Source of the DNA: Thermoanaerobaculia bacterium
GTDB taxonomy: Bacteria; Acidobacteriota; Thermoanaerobaculia; Multivoradales; Multivoraceae
Assembly: GCA_963664405.1 (NCBI GenBank)
Contig: OY761158.1
Span: 5,312,001 to 5,376,000 of the forward strand
Reading direction: 5' to 3'
Length of the DNA stretch: 64,000 nucleotides
Below, piece after piece: positions 38,941-49,185 of the stretch (positions are counted from its first letter, which is position 1; every line of letters starts with the position of its first letter). The position numbers and the translations under genes were made by a program. Below the pieces are notes generated by a model that saw nothing but the letters and a program-made list of their open reading frames with translations, was not told where the DNA came from and made no database searches.

Positions 38941-39665
38941 CCGGGGACCGGGGCTCCCTGGCCGATCGCCAAGCCCTTGGTTGGCGCAAGATCGAAGACC
39001 ATCGGCATTTCAGGGCAGACCCAGGCGGAGTGTAGCTGCGGCCAGCTGTCGAGCCCGAGCTGCTTTTCGAGGAGCAGGGTAGTCCTTACTGTGGCCTGAA
39101 CCGGGCAGATCTCGGCCCTGGGCTGCTCTGTTTCGATACGTTTGAGCTTGCCGCCTTTGAGGATATAGCCCCGGTTGCGAAGACGAATGTATTCGACAGT
39201 TCTCGCCCAGGATGCGAAGTGCGGCCCAGGGCCGGCCGCCTGAGCTCCGGCGGTTGCGGTCACTCTCAGCTCGGAACCGGCTCTTACCGACCACCGCCAC
39301 CACGGCACTTCCTGTGCGGCCGAGTCGAAACGAAAGCGCGCTGCTCGCACCGGCTGCCCCAACAGGCGCGCCCCGAACGCCACCCAGGCGGGCGCCAGCA
39401 TGCTGAGAAATAGAACCGAAGGCTCGTTGTCCTGATCGAGAACGTAGACCCGCAGATTGAGCTGCGGAAAGCTCGCTCGGAGCCGCGGAAAGGACGGGGA
39501 GTGGACTGCCTGATGATTGAAGAGGAGGGCGGATACGAAGACATAGTCTTCGTGCTCATCGGTATGAGTCTGGTAGCGAAGTGTTTGGGGGGCCGGGGAG
39601 AGGCATTGGACCGGAAGGGCCCAGTTGAGGTAGAGGCACTCCCGAAGCCGAGACCGGAGCTTCAT
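38937..39665 (-). CDS. DUF2071 (YqjF-like) protein
   Basis: YLNW and FPQLNLRVYV motifs. Confidence 0.6.
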   Translation of the reverse strand: MKLRSRLRECLYLNWALPVQCLSPAPQTLRYQTHTDEHEDYVFVSALLFNHQAVHSPSFPRLRASFPQLNLRVYVLDQDNEPSVLFLSMLAPAWVAFGARLLGQPVRAARFRFDSAAQEVPWWRWSVRAGSELRVTATAGAQAAGPGPHFASWARTVEYIRLRNRGYILKGGKLKRIETEQPRAEICPVQATVRTTLLLEKQLGLDSWPQLHSAWVCPEMPMVFDLAPTKGLAIGQGAPVPG

Positions 39666-39689
39666 CGGAGGCTGAGCGCGGCGGCGGGA

Positions 39690-40190
39690 TCACTCATCGG
39701 AGCTCCGGGTATCGAGGCGGGCTTGCAGCTTTTTCCAGATGATGTCCGGTAGTAAGGAGGAAAGATCGCCACCCAGGCCGCAGACCTCTTTGATCAACCG
39801 ACTGGAGACATAGGTGAGGTCAGCCTTCGGCATCATGAAAACGGTCTCGACTTTGGGGTTGAGCTTGCGGTTCATGAGCGCCATCTGAAACTCGACCTCG
39901 AAGTCGCTGACAGCGCGAAGGCCTCGGACGACGGCTTTGGCGCCTACCTCGTCCATGAAGTCGACCAGCAGCCCAGAGAAGCTGTCTACTTGGCAATCCT
40001 CGTGCTCACAAAGTAGCTCCCGGATCATCTCGACTCGCTCGGCGACGGTGAACAGAGACTTTTTCCCCTCGTTCTCCAGGACAGCTACGTGTAGCTCGTC
40101 GAAGAGAGGCCGTGACCTCTGGATGAGATCCAGGTGTCCGTGGTGGATCGGGTCGAACGACCCTGGGTAGACAGCGATTCTCTTTTTCAT
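39690..40190 (-). CDS. coaD: Phosphopantetheine adenylyltransferase
   Basis: YPGSFDPIHHGH, RGLRAVSDFE and SSRLIKE motifs. Confidence 0.97.
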   Translation of the reverse strand: MKKRIAVYPGSFDPIHHGHLDLIQRSRPLFDELHVAVLENEGKKSLFTVAERVEMIRELLCEHEDCQVDSFSGLLVDFMDEVGAKAVVRGLRAVSDFEVEFQMALMNRKLNPKVETVFMMPKADLTYVSSRLIKEVCGLGGDLSSLLPDIIWKKLQARLDTRSSDE

Positions 40191-42370
40191 GGCAGATGCT
40201 CACTGAGATCGTAGGTGACAATGTTGAAGGAGGAGTCAGTCAGTCGCACCAGCAAAAGGCTCGTGTCTTGGTCGACATCGATCAGCAGGGCTTCGTTGTG
40301 GGCGTCGAGTAGATCGTCTGCGACCGTGGCCTCTTCCCAGGGACCCGCATTGACGCTCACCACGGTCTCGCGCAGGATGCTGTGGACGTCTTCAACCGCG
40401 ACCCGGAGCCGCCCGGGTCCGGCGGCGCCGACCGAGCCGAGAGCAGGAGGGCTGTGATCGATGATCACCAATTCGCTCACTTTCGATGTATCCAGCTGAT
40501 TGCGCTCGAGATTACTGGGTGCGTCGCTAGCCGTGATCCGAAAGCGATACTCACCATCCGGAAGAACCGTGGAATCGAAGCTGTAGTGGTCCTCTTCGAG
40601 ATCGTCAGCCATGGTCAACCAACCGTCGGCATCGTCTTCGCGCCGAAACGAGAGCGCATAGGTGAGCTGGTCTTTGTTGGGGTCTGAGGCTTTCCAGCGC
40701 AGGGTTCGGTAACCGCGCTTCCACAGCGCCTTGAGGCTTCGCCCTTCTCGCGCCGGTCCGGCTCCAAGGGCGCTGAAGATGCCGTCTCGGTTGGGGTGGG
40801 CGGGCTCGAAGATCTGGCTGCTCGGATTGAAGTTGTTCGGGACCAGGATCTGGCCCGGGCCCAGCGTCTCGAGTTGCTCGATTCGTGGCTTTTGGTTTGA
40901 TTGCAGGTAAGAGATCTCTACACCGTGTATCTCGGGTGTTCGATCCTCGCTGCCGAGGAGCTCGACGCGCCACTGCAAGTATCGGCTCGGCTCGAGGTCG
41001 CGGAGCGAGATCTCTTTGCCTTCAGTGGGGTCGGTCCAGTCTGTCCATGTGTTGTCGGGAGTCGCGCTCAGGCCGCCACGAAAAGAGAATCGTGCCCGGG
41101 TGCCGTCAGGTGTCTTACCGCGCCAGCGGAGTGTGCCGAACGTCGAAGTCTGGAGGGCGTCCGCCACCGCGCTGGTCAGAGCTCCTTTGGTTTCCGTCCC
41201 GCTCTCGAAACGATAGAGCGCGGCGGCATTGGTGGTGGCGAACGCGGGTCCCGCCGACCCGGGCACAAGGTCGATGATCTGGCTCTCGTCGAGATCCTTC
41301 TCCAGCACCATCAGCTCGTTTTGGTAACTGTAGAGCTTGCCGTCGAGGCCGGTACCGACCCAGAGCCGCTCGTCTTCCCACAGGAGTCCGAATATTGTCT
41401 CCTCCTTGAACTTCCACACCGACACTACTCCGGTGTCAGGGCTCCAGTGAAAGAGCTCGCTGCGAGCGCCGCTGAAGCTTGGAGGGCGGCTTCCCACCGC
41501 GGGAGCCTTGGACGACGCCTCGACCTCGACTTCGCTTCCGTTCTTGTCGCTCTCTTCCTTGTCTTCTCCTCCGTTCCCGCTCTTCTGCTGAGCCTTGCCG
41601 CTGGGGTTGAGGTCGACGAAGCTGGCTTCCGACGCCAACGCCGCAAACCATGCTCCGCCCTTGGGGTCGCTCGCGAATGCGACGATCTCGGGAGCCGCGG
41701 CATCGTAGAGGGTTCGGGCCCTCCCGTCTTCAGCGATGTGTAGGACCAGGCCCTCGCCGGCGGTACCCACCAAGGCGCCACCCTCCTCGAGCCTTGTCAT
41801 CGATCGCAGATGGATGTCATTACTGTCGTAGAGGAGCTCGCCGGTACCGTCGGGGCTCACTCGAAAGAGCTTGCCTTCGGTGCCGGTGGCCACCAGCAGG
41901 CCGTCGTTGCCATCGCCTACGAGATCCCATATGTAAGTCTGCTCCGGGCTGAAGATTTTCTCCGTTTCTCCACCAGAATGTCGATAGACGCTGCCCTGAG
42001 GAGAGCTGCCGGCGTAGATTGTGCCCTCGGAGTCGGCCCAGATGGCGAAGATCTCGGGCTCATCCGCTTCGAAGAGTAGCTCGACCTCGCCGTCACGGTG
42101 GATCTTGAGCACTTTGCCCGCGTTCCCTGTGCCGACCACCCAGCCGTCAGGGAGCTCGCTCGCGGCCAGCAGGAAGGGCTCCTCGATGGTTGCCACTCGT
42201 GCGGTCCGGTCGGCCAGTCGAAGCACCCCGAGCGGGTCCACCGAGAGCGATTCGAGCTCACCTTCGAGAAATGCAGATTGGCTCTGGGTCAGGAAGATCT
42301 TCACCTCCGTGGCTCGTAGCCCAGGGGCCAGAGAGAGAGCGGCAACGATGAGACAACCCACTGATTTCAT
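40187..42370 (-). CDS. Exported beta-propeller/FN3-like protein, partner of the S55 peptidase
   Basis: Signal peptide, repeated V(G/A)TG..G blades, DGEYRFRITASD. Confidence 0.7.
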   Translation of the reverse strand: MKSVGCLIVAALSLAPGLRATEVKIFLTQSQSAFLEGELESLSVDPLGVLRLADRTARVATIEEPFLLAASELPDGWVVGTGNAGKVLKIHRDGEVELLFEADEPEIFAIWADSEGTIYAGSSPQGSVYRHSGGETEKIFSPEQTYIWDLVGDGNDGLLVATGTEGKLFRVSPDGTGELLYDSNDIHLRSMTRLEEGGALVGTAGEGLVLHIAEDGRARTLYDAAAPEIVAFASDPKGGAWFAALASEASFVDLNPSGKAQQKSGNGGEDKEESDKNGSEVEVEASSKAPAVGSRPPSFSGARSELFHWSPDTGVVSVWKFKEETIFGLLWEDERLWVGTGLDGKLYSYQNELMVLEKDLDESQIIDLVPGSAGPAFATTNAAALYRFESGTETKGALTSAVADALQTSTFGTLRWRGKTPDGTRARFSFRGGLSATPDNTWTDWTDPTEGKEISLRDLEPSRYLQWRVELLGSEDRTPEIHGVEISYLQSNQKPRIEQLETLGPGQILVPNNFNPSSQIFEPAHPNRDGIFSALGAGPAREGRSLKALWKRGYRTLRWKASDPNKDQLTYALSFRREDDADGWLTMADDLEEDHYSFDSTVLPDGEYRFRITASDAPSNLERNQLDTSKVSELVIIDHSPPALGSVGAAGPGRLRVAVEDVHSILRETVVSVNAGPWEEATVADDLLDAHNEALLIDVDQDTSLLLVRLTDSSFNIVTYDLSEHLP

Positions 42371-42380
42371 GGCTTGGCTC

Positions 42381-44135
42381 TCAGCTGCGAGGCGGGAGGA
42401 TCTTCAGATCGATCCTCACTGCCCCTTCGAGGGGATCGTCGAGCACTTCTACGGTCTCGTTTCGAACCGCCAGGTTGACCCCTTTCGCCACGAGCGGACC
42501 CGAGGCTGCCCACATCGATCGGATCGAAGCCGGTAGCTGCGGAAGCGTCCGTCCATTGACAACCAGACCCTTGCCGCGGACGACTCCCAGGACGACGAGA
42601 TCCCTAGGCCCATGTTGACTTTGAAGAACGTCGAAGGACTCGGAGAAATCGCGGGGGACGGTTGGCTCCATGCGGAGTCGAGCGGCATCGATAGAGGCGC
42701 CGTCGCCGACAAATAGGTAGTAGGGGCCCTTTGCTAGGTCCCCCGGGACGGTGACCTCGAGATCCTTGCGGAAAGTCTCGCCTCGGAAGCGCCGTAGGTC
42801 GAGGTGTACGGTGAGAGACTCGCCCGGATGGACCTCGCTCCTCGACGCGTGGGCGCCGACGAGGGTGACGGTTTGCGGCTCGGGGGATTGCGTCAGCTCG
42901 ATGTCGAGGCCCTCGACTGTCACCGACTCGGTATTGTTGTTCATGACGAAAGACATCAATGAAAGCACGTAGATTGCCGAGTTGAGAGGGGCGTTGTTGC
43001 CCGTGAAATGCTGCTCGACATCCAGCTCTTCGTAGCCGGCCAGCTTGAGTCGTGCGCGTAGTAGCAGGTCCTGGTTCCCTGCCTGATGGCGGGCGACATC
43101 CATCGCCTCCAGTACAGAGACGGCACTCAGGGTCGGCGTGTTTATCGGAATGTCAGCTACTTCGACCTCATAACTACGCTCGGGTGTCCCGAGCACTCGA
43201 ATACTCAGCGGAATCGTGTGCGCTCGGCTGCCCATCCTTCCGAGCATTCCCACCAGTCGGTCTTCCTCGAATGCCCCAACCACCGGCCCCACATTGGCGA
43301 GCTTGAAGGAGGAGGATCGGCTGGAAATCACGCTAACGACCTCGGCTGTAGCCATCGGTACTCGGATCGGTCCAAGTCCCATATAAGAGTGGCCGAAGGC
43401 GAGAATCTCGTCTCCGCGTCGTTCGGTGACCGTACCGGTGAAGGTCATCTGGAGATCGCCGCCGACGAGAAGCCCTGCCACAGCGCTGCCGGCGGCGAGC
43501 TCGGTGTCGAGATCGGGGCTCGATCCCGCTGGAGCGACAGGGCCGAGTGCCTTCTCCAGCAGGCTCCTGGTGGATTCGCCGAATCCCACCGTGCCCCATT
43601 GAAGGGAGGAGTTAGCTCCGTTGACGAGGCGAGGCGCCAGCTGAGCGATTCTCTCTTGGAGTACCAGGGTGGAGAACTCGCCGCTCATCAGTTGCTCTAG
43701 CTCGACCGAGCTTGGAGGGGGTATCGCCGGGACTCGCGGCAGAGAGCCCATTTCGCGCATTGCCCCGATCGGCGTGATGCCCGCGATGGCCTCCTTGCTG
43801 AAGGTCCACGAGAAGGCGACGGCTCCGGCGAGCTGATCGCCCAGGTAGATCGGACTGCCACTCATTCCAGCGATGACGCCACTATCTTCGAGGCCCTTGC
43901 CGTGAAGGCGGGCGAGAATGAAACTGGTCCCCGGGTGGAGGTTTCGCATCAGACCGAGAACTTCGACATCGAAGCGCTCGGGAGCGGTCCCGGAGAAGAC
44001 CGACAAGCCATAGCCCTTGTCCCCTCGCTGGACGTCGTCGACTGCGATCGTGTCGATCGTGGTCTGGCCTGGTGCCATGTTTGCCGCGCCCAGGCTGATG
44101 GCCAGCAGAAGCGGCAGCAACGAAGATCGTCTCAT
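42381..44135 (-). CDS. SpoIVB-like peptidase S55 domain protein
   Basis: IAGMSGSP, GITPI, GTVT and AFGH motifs; signal peptide from ATG 44135. Confidence 0.85.
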   Translation of the reverse strand: MRRSSLLPLLLAISLGAANMAPGQTTIDTIAVDDVQRGDKGYGLSVFSGTAPERFDVEVLGLMRNLHPGTSFILARLHGKGLEDSGVIAGMSGSPIYLGDQLAGAVAFSWTFSKEAIAGITPIGAMREMGSLPRVPAIPPPSSVELEQLMSGEFSTLVLQERIAQLAPRLVNGANSSLQWGTVGFGESTRSLLEKALGPVAPAGSSPDLDTELAAGSAVAGLLVGGDLQMTFTGTVTERRGDEILAFGHSYMGLGPIRVPMATAEVVSVISSRSSSFKLANVGPVVGAFEEDRLVGMLGRMGSRAHTIPLSIRVLGTPERSYEVEVADIPINTPTLSAVSVLEAMDVARHQAGNQDLLLRARLKLAGYEELDVEQHFTGNNAPLNSAIYVLSLMSFVMNNNTESVTVEGLDIELTQSPEPQTVTLVGAHASRSEVHPGESLTVHLDLRRFRGETFRKDLEVTVPGDLAKGPYYLFVGDGASIDAARLRMEPTVPRDFSESFDVLQSQHGPRDLVVLGVVRGKGLVVNGRTLPQLPASIRSMWAASGPLVAKGVNLAVRNETVEVLDDPLEGAVRIDLKILPPRS

Positions 44136-44173
44136 TACTTGCGGGCAGCTCTTGGAGGTGGAATAGGTGGGTT

Positions 44174-44806
44174 TCACGAGTCGGATCCTGTGTTTTGCTC
44201 CAGGAGCTCGCGAGAATATCGGCCCGGGCGCAGGATCGAAAACCCCGCTCCGGACCATCGTACCAGGGTCGATGGCGGCCCTCCCGGCGTTACGCCGTCG
44301 TCGATGAGCCAGGCGTCGCTGCCGGCAATGAGCGCGGCGGCTTGTTCCGGGGTTGTGATCGCCGGCTCTCCGCTCTCATTGGCGCTGGTTGCGGTGAGCG
44401 CAGTCCCCAGCTCCGAGAGTAGCTCGCGCAGCCCTCGATGAGCGGGGATTCTCAGGGCCAGGGTTGAGCTTCCGGCACTAGCTGGAATGGGAGCGTCGAT
44501 CGAGACCACCAGTGATAGTGCCGCCGGCCAGCGCTCTGCCACCGCCTCCAAACCCGGTGAATCGAGCTGAACGCCAAGGGCCTGGGCCTGCTGGAGATCC
44601 GCGACCACCACCGGGAGAGGCTTGTCGGCCGGCCGCCCCTTGACTCGAAAGATCGCCTCGACGCCGCGCAAGCTCAGAGGGTCGGCCGCCAGGCCGTAGC
44701 TCGACTCGGTTGGAATGGCCAATAGACCGCCGCGTTTCAGAGTCTCGCGCAGGACGCTCGAGTCCTGTCCCCATGTCCAGATGCGGGCTTGGTGGCTGGC
44801 TGCCAT
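44174..44806 (-). CDS. tsaC: L-threonylcarbamoyladenylate synthase (YrdC/TsaC)
   Basis: PTESSYGL, KGRPADKPL, TSAN and PST motifs. Confidence 0.9.
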   Translation of the reverse strand: MAASHQARIWTWGQDSSVLRETLKRGGLLAIPTESSYGLAADPLSLRGVEAIFRVKGRPADKPLPVVVADLQQAQALGVQLDSPGLEAVAERWPAALSLVVSIDAPIPASAGSSTLALRIPAHRGLRELLSELGTALTATSANESGEPAITTPEQAAALIAGSDAWLIDDGVTPGGPPSTLVRWSGAGFSILRPGRYSRELLEQNTGSDS

Positions 44807-44824
44807 AGGCGCAGGAGATCGGGT

Positions 44825-46540
44825 TCAGCCCGCCGCTGCCTCGGCGAGCATTTCCTGAGCGTGCGACAGTGAAGCCACCCCAGCTTCCTCACCGCCAAGC
44901 ATTCGCGCGATCTCTTCGACCCGTGCCTCAGCTTGGAGAGGCTCGACGCGGACGAAGGTGCGCCCCTGGCTCACTTCCTTTTCGACCCGGAAGTGGTGTT
45001 CTCCCTGACTTGCCACTTGAGGCAGGTGGGTGACACTGAGCACCTGCGCCGCTTCGCCGAGCTTTCTTAGTTTGCGACCGAGGATCACAGCTTCTACGCC
45101 GCCCACCCCCGCGTCGACTTCGTCGAAGACCAGGGTCGGCTGACCCTCCGCCGCGGAGTGTCCGAGCAGTTGCAGCGCCAGGTAGACCCGAGAGAGCTCG
45201 CCTCCCGAGGCGACTCGCGAAAGCGGTCGAAGGTCTTCGCCTGGATTGGGAGAGAAGAGGTAGCTCACTTCGTCGACACCGTAGCTCCAAAAGTCGACGG
45301 CCTGACCGCCGACGATGAGAAGACTGTCCTCGCGCGAGCGACGCTCGATCGCCACTTCGAGGCGGGCGTCGGGGAGTGCGAGTTGAACGAGCTCGTCCTG
45401 TACTTGCGCAACCAGATCCGACGCCCACAATTGGCGCATTGCGGACAGCTCGCAGGCCGCCTGTCGGTAGCTCTCCAGAGCCGCTTCGACTCGCTCGCGG
45501 AGCTCTTCCTCGTTCTCCGATCCGCGATTCAGCTGTTCCAGCTCTTCTCGCATCCGGGCTGCCTTGGCGATGACCTCGGCGCTGTTGGCGCCGTACTTTC
45601 GGAGCAGGCGCTCGATCGAGGCCAGCCGGTCTTCGATGCCGGCAAGTCGAGTCGGATCCGCCTCGACGCGGTCCATGCGTGCTCTGCCGCTGCGAGCTAC
45701 TTCTTCGGCGCGAATGCGAAGCTCCTCGATCTCGGCTCGCCAACCCTTGCTCTCGGGCTCCCATTCGACGATCTCGGCGAGTGACGGCTCGAGTGCCGCG
45801 AGATGCTCCGTTACCGAGCCCTCGGCGTCGACCAGCCGGGAGACGAGCTGAGCGAGTGCGGCTGAGATCTGCTCGCTGTTGCGCAGGACATCGCGTTCCT
45901 GCCGCAGCCTCACCTCTTCACCCGCTTCGAGGTTTGCGGTCTCGATCTCACCGAGCTGGTAGGTGAGGAGGTCGACCCGCTCATGGCGGAGTCGCTCGTC
46001 GCCGCTCGAGTGCTCGAGCCTCTCGGTGGCGATGCGCACCTCCTCGAAGAGCTCGGCGACACTCGCCAGCAGCTGTGCCCCTTCCTCGCCACCCTGGCGG
46101 TCGAGCCATGAGCGTTGGAGTGCGGTTTGGAATAGACCGATCTCGTCTCGCTGGCCGTGGATCCGAAGGAGGTGGGGGGCGATGACCTTGAGGAGTCGCA
46201 GAGTGATCGGATGGTCGTTTACAAAGACCCGATTGCGCCCGCCGCGGCTGACCTCTCGACGAATGACCAGCTCGTCGGCATCGGACGCGACAGCGGCCTC
46301 TTCGATCACGGTGATGCACTCGGGAGGGACATGCTCGAATGTGCCGGTGACCGTGAGGACGTCGGCGCCGGTGCGGATGAGATCCGGCTTGGCCCTGTCG
46401 CCGGCGAGGAGAGAAAGAGAGTCGACCACGATCGACTTGCCGGCGCCGGTCTCGCCGGTGAGGACGTTGAGCCCTTCCTCGAGCTCGACCGTGGCTTCCG
46501 CGAAAACCGCCAAGTTACGGATGAAGAGATGAGAGAGCAT
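44825..46540 (-). CDS. recN: DNA repair protein RecN
   Basis: LTGETGAGKS, ASGGELSR, FDEVDAG and VTHLPQVA motifs. Confidence 0.96.
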   Translation of the reverse strand: MLSHLFIRNLAVFAEATVELEEGLNVLTGETGAGKSIVVDSLSLLAGDRAKPDLIRTGADVLTVTGTFEHVPPECITVIEEAAVASDADELVIRREVSRGGRNRVFVNDHPITLRLLKVIAPHLLRIHGQRDEIGLFQTALQRSWLDRQGGEEGAQLLASVAELFEEVRIATERLEHSSGDERLRHERVDLLTYQLGEIETANLEAGEEVRLRQERDVLRNSEQISAALAQLVSRLVDAEGSVTEHLAALEPSLAEIVEWEPESKGWRAEIEELRIRAEEVARSGRARMDRVEADPTRLAGIEDRLASIERLLRKYGANSAEVIAKAARMREELEQLNRGSENEEELRERVEAALESYRQAACELSAMRQLWASDLVAQVQDELVQLALPDARLEVAIERRSREDSLLIVGGQAVDFWSYGVDEVSYLFSPNPGEDLRPLSRVASGGELSRVYLALQLLGHSAAEGQPTLVFDEVDAGVGGVEAVILGRKLRKLGEAAQVLSVTHLPQVASQGEHHFRVEKEVSQGRTFVRVEPLQAEARVEEIARMLGGEEAGVASLSHAQEMLAEAAAG

Positions 46541-46569
46541 GGTCGGCGGCCGGCCTTTATGCGGAGACC

Positions 46570-46956
46570 CTACGAATGGTTCCAGGTAGTGGAGACGTAA
46601 TCTTCGTCTTCGAGCGCGCGGCGCTCGGAGCTGAGGAAGTCGTAGTAGCCACAGCGTACCGTGCCTGGGAACTCGCGGCAGATCTTGGGACGAGCGTGGT
46701 AAATCGTGCATTGGCGAGTCTCGCCATCGAGAAATTGGCAGGCTGTTCCGAAGTGCTCGTCCGGCTTATGCTTGAGCACCCGCTCGCCCTTCTCTTCGCC
46801 TTTCTTGGTGAAGCGCTTGCGGGCGGTCTCTTCATCGACGCCGAAATGTGCTGCGAGTCGACGCACGTCCTTCTTCTTGACTTCGATTCTGGCGTAGGTG
46901 CAGCAATACGCCGGGCAGCGGTCGCAGTTGTAGAAGGTGGGTAGCTGTTGGCTCAC
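46570..46956 (-). CDS. YkgJ family CxxCxxCC cysteine-cluster protein
   Basis: CDRCPAYCC..CQFL..CTIYHARP..CREFP. Confidence 0.88.
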   Translation of the reverse strand: MSQQLPTFYNCDRCPAYCCTYARIEVKKKDVRRLAAHFGVDEETARKRFTKKGEEKGERVLKHKPDEHFGTACQFLDGETRQCTIYHARPKICREFPGTVRCGYYDFLSSERRALEDEDYVSTTWNHS

Positions 46957-47035
46957 GATCTCGATCTCCCTCAGGACTGAGGATACGCCTTCACGACTGA
47001 GGGTACGCCATACAGAACCTCTATTGGAAGCCCGC

Positions 47036-47926
47036 TCAGCCTCGACCGAAGAGAGCGCGCGCTACATGCATGGCGATGCGGGGGTTTTCGCGGAGCCGCC
47101 GCAGCGAGTAGTTGTACCAATCGGGACCGTAAGGGACATAGACACGGAGTCGGTTGCCCTCCGCTACCAGGTCGCTGCGCAACCTCGGGGTCACTCCGAG
47201 CAACATCTGAAGCTCGTAGTCATCCACTTCGAGGCCCTGCTGTCTTACTCGGTCGAGCGATCGCCGGACCAAAGGTTCGTCGTGGGTGGCGATACCCACG
47301 TAGGCTCCCGCTTTCAAGAGCTTGTCGAGAGTAAGAAGGAAACCGGTGCGGATGTCTTCGAGGCCGACGAAGGAGATCTCCGGCGGCTCGACATAAATGC
47401 CTTTGCAGAGGCGTACGTTCGCCTTGTCCGGAAGCTTGGCAACATCGTCAGGTGTGCGGCGAAGGTAGGCCTGAAGCACGACTCCGACATTTTCGTAGTC
47501 GCGGCGGAGATCGCGATAGAGCTCGAGAGTGGCGTCGGTTGAGGCGTGGTCTTCCATGTCGATACGGACGAAACCGCCGACGTCGTGCGCCGCTCGCACC
47601 AGCGTCGCTAGATTCTCGCGGCAGACCGCCGGATCGAAAAGGAGCCCGAGATGGGTCGGTTTTACCGAAATAGAGGGCTCGATACCGTGATCGGCGAGAG
47701 TGTGCTGCAGCGCCTTATATTCGTCGACCGCGGCGCTCGCTTCCTCGACATTTGCGACGTGCTCCCCGAGAAGAGCGACGGTCGCAGAGCAGCTCGCCGC
47801 CCTCAGCGCTTCGACCGTCAGCAGCGCCTCGTCCCGAGTGACTCCCGCGACGTAGCGCTTTGCCACGCGGTGAACGATAGGTCTGGGGACGAGCGGCAGG
47901 CTAGAGGCAAGGAGCCGGCTGAACAC
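47036..47926 (-). CDS. Monofunctional proline dehydrogenase
   Basis: RIDME, LQAYL, RLCKGIY, ATHD, QMLLG and RVYVPYG..RRLREN motifs. Confidence 0.93.
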   Translation of the reverse strand: MFSRLLASSLPLVPRPIVHRVAKRYVAGVTRDEALLTVEALRAASCSATVALLGEHVANVEEASAAVDEYKALQHTLADHGIEPSISVKPTHLGLLFDPAVCRENLATLVRAAHDVGGFVRIDMEDHASTDATLELYRDLRRDYENVGVVLQAYLRRTPDDVAKLPDKANVRLCKGIYVEPPEISFVGLEDIRTGFLLTLDKLLKAGAYVGIATHDEPLVRRSLDRVRQQGLEVDDYELQMLLGVTPRLRSDLVAEGNRLRVYVPYGPDWYNYSLRRLRENPRIAMHVARALFGRG

Positions 47927-47932
47927 GAGAGC

Positions 47933-48844
47933 TCACCCCGCAGGCGCGAGATTCGCGACGTGTTCGTGGGCGTGATAGCTCGAGCGCACCAGAGGCCCCG
48001 ATTCGCAGTGTGCGAAGCCGAGGTCGAGTGCCATCTCGCGCAGTTCGGAAAATTCGTCGGGGTGGACCCAACGGTGAACTGGGAGGTGCTTGCGAGTGGG
48101 CCGGAGGTACTGACCGAGGGTTAGAATTTGAGCCCCGGCGTCGGCGATATCCTTGATCGTCTGGTCGAGCTCGACGCGCTCCTCTCCAATGCCGAGCATG
48201 AGCCCGGTCTTCACGCGCCCCTCGTACTCGACTCTCCGCTGCCGTGCTGATGCCTCGCGGAGAAGGCCGAGGCTTTGTGCGTAGTCGCTCCCTGGACGGG
48301 CTGCTCGATAGAGGCTCGGAACAGTCTCCATGTTGTGGGAGAAGACTTCGGGAGAAGCTTCGAGAACGGTATCGAGGGAGCTCGCGCTGCCTCGGAAGTC
48401 GGGGGTAAGCACTTCGACCGCGGTCTTGGGATTGAGCTTGCGGATGGCCCGGATGACGTCGGCGAAGTGGCCGGCGCCGCCGTCGTCGAGGTCGTCACGA
48501 TCGACGGAAGTGATGACTACGTGCTGGAGGTCCATGGCAAGAACGGCCGCGGCGACATGCGCGGGCTCACTGGCGTCGACTCCGGGTGCCGGCTTTCCTG
48601 TATGGACGGCGCAGAAGCCGCAGTTACGGGTGCAGGTGTCGCCGAGGATCATGAAAGTGGCGGTGCCATGCTGCCCCCAACACTCATAGATATTGGGGCA
48701 GCGCGCCTCTTCGCAGACCGTGTTGAGGTTTAGGTCCGCGACCAGCCGACGAACCTCTTGGAACCGCGGTGGTGTAGTGAGGCGGACGCGGAGCCAGCTC
48801 GGCTTGCGCTCCGTAGTGGAGCTCAGTTGGACCAGGGACACCAC
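47933..48844 (-). CDS. lipA: Lipoyl synthase
   Basis: CEEARCPNIYEC, CTRNCGFC, TSVDRDD and RSSY motifs. Confidence 0.97.
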   Translation of the reverse strand: MVSLVQLSSTTERKPSWLRVRLTTPPRFQEVRRLVADLNLNTVCEEARCPNIYECWGQHGTATFMILGDTCTRNCGFCAVHTGKPAPGVDASEPAHVAAAVLAMDLQHVVITSVDRDDLDDGGAGHFADVIRAIRKLNPKTAVEVLTPDFRGSASSLDTVLEASPEVFSHNMETVPSLYRAARPGSDYAQSLGLLREASARQRRVEYEGRVKTGLMLGIGEERVELDQTIKDIADAGAQILTLGQYLRPTRKHLPVHRWVHPDEFSELREMALDLGFAHCESGPLVRSSYHAHEHVANLAPAG

Positions 48845-48914
48845 GCCTTCATCTTATATCCCCCATCTGAATGGCCGCCGCAAACGTCGTCCAGGGCGGA
48901 GACTCGCTTCCCCT

Positions 48915-49185
48915 ATCAGCAATAGGAAGCAACGCCCAAGTGCGCCGTCCTCGGCGCCAAAAGGCAACGAGCCATAGGAAGTGATAGCAATCACTTCCGA
49001 AGGCGAGCGCGGTGACGCGGCCCGAAGCGAATAGGAAGCAAGGCCAGAGTGCGGCGCCCTCGTCTGAGTCTTCGTTCTGAGCCGTTTTCCGGAGCGAGTA
49101 GGAAGCGAGGCCCAAGTGCGCCGTCCTCGGCGCCAGACAGCAACCTAGCCGCAGGAAATGATAGCGATCATTTCCGTAGGCTAGG
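48915..49185. repeat. Third REP/BIME-like cluster of the same family
   Basis: TGCGCCGTCCTCGGCGCCA at 48941 and 49117; GGAARTGAT-N4-ATCAYTTCC at 48977 and 49154. Confidence 0.9.
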
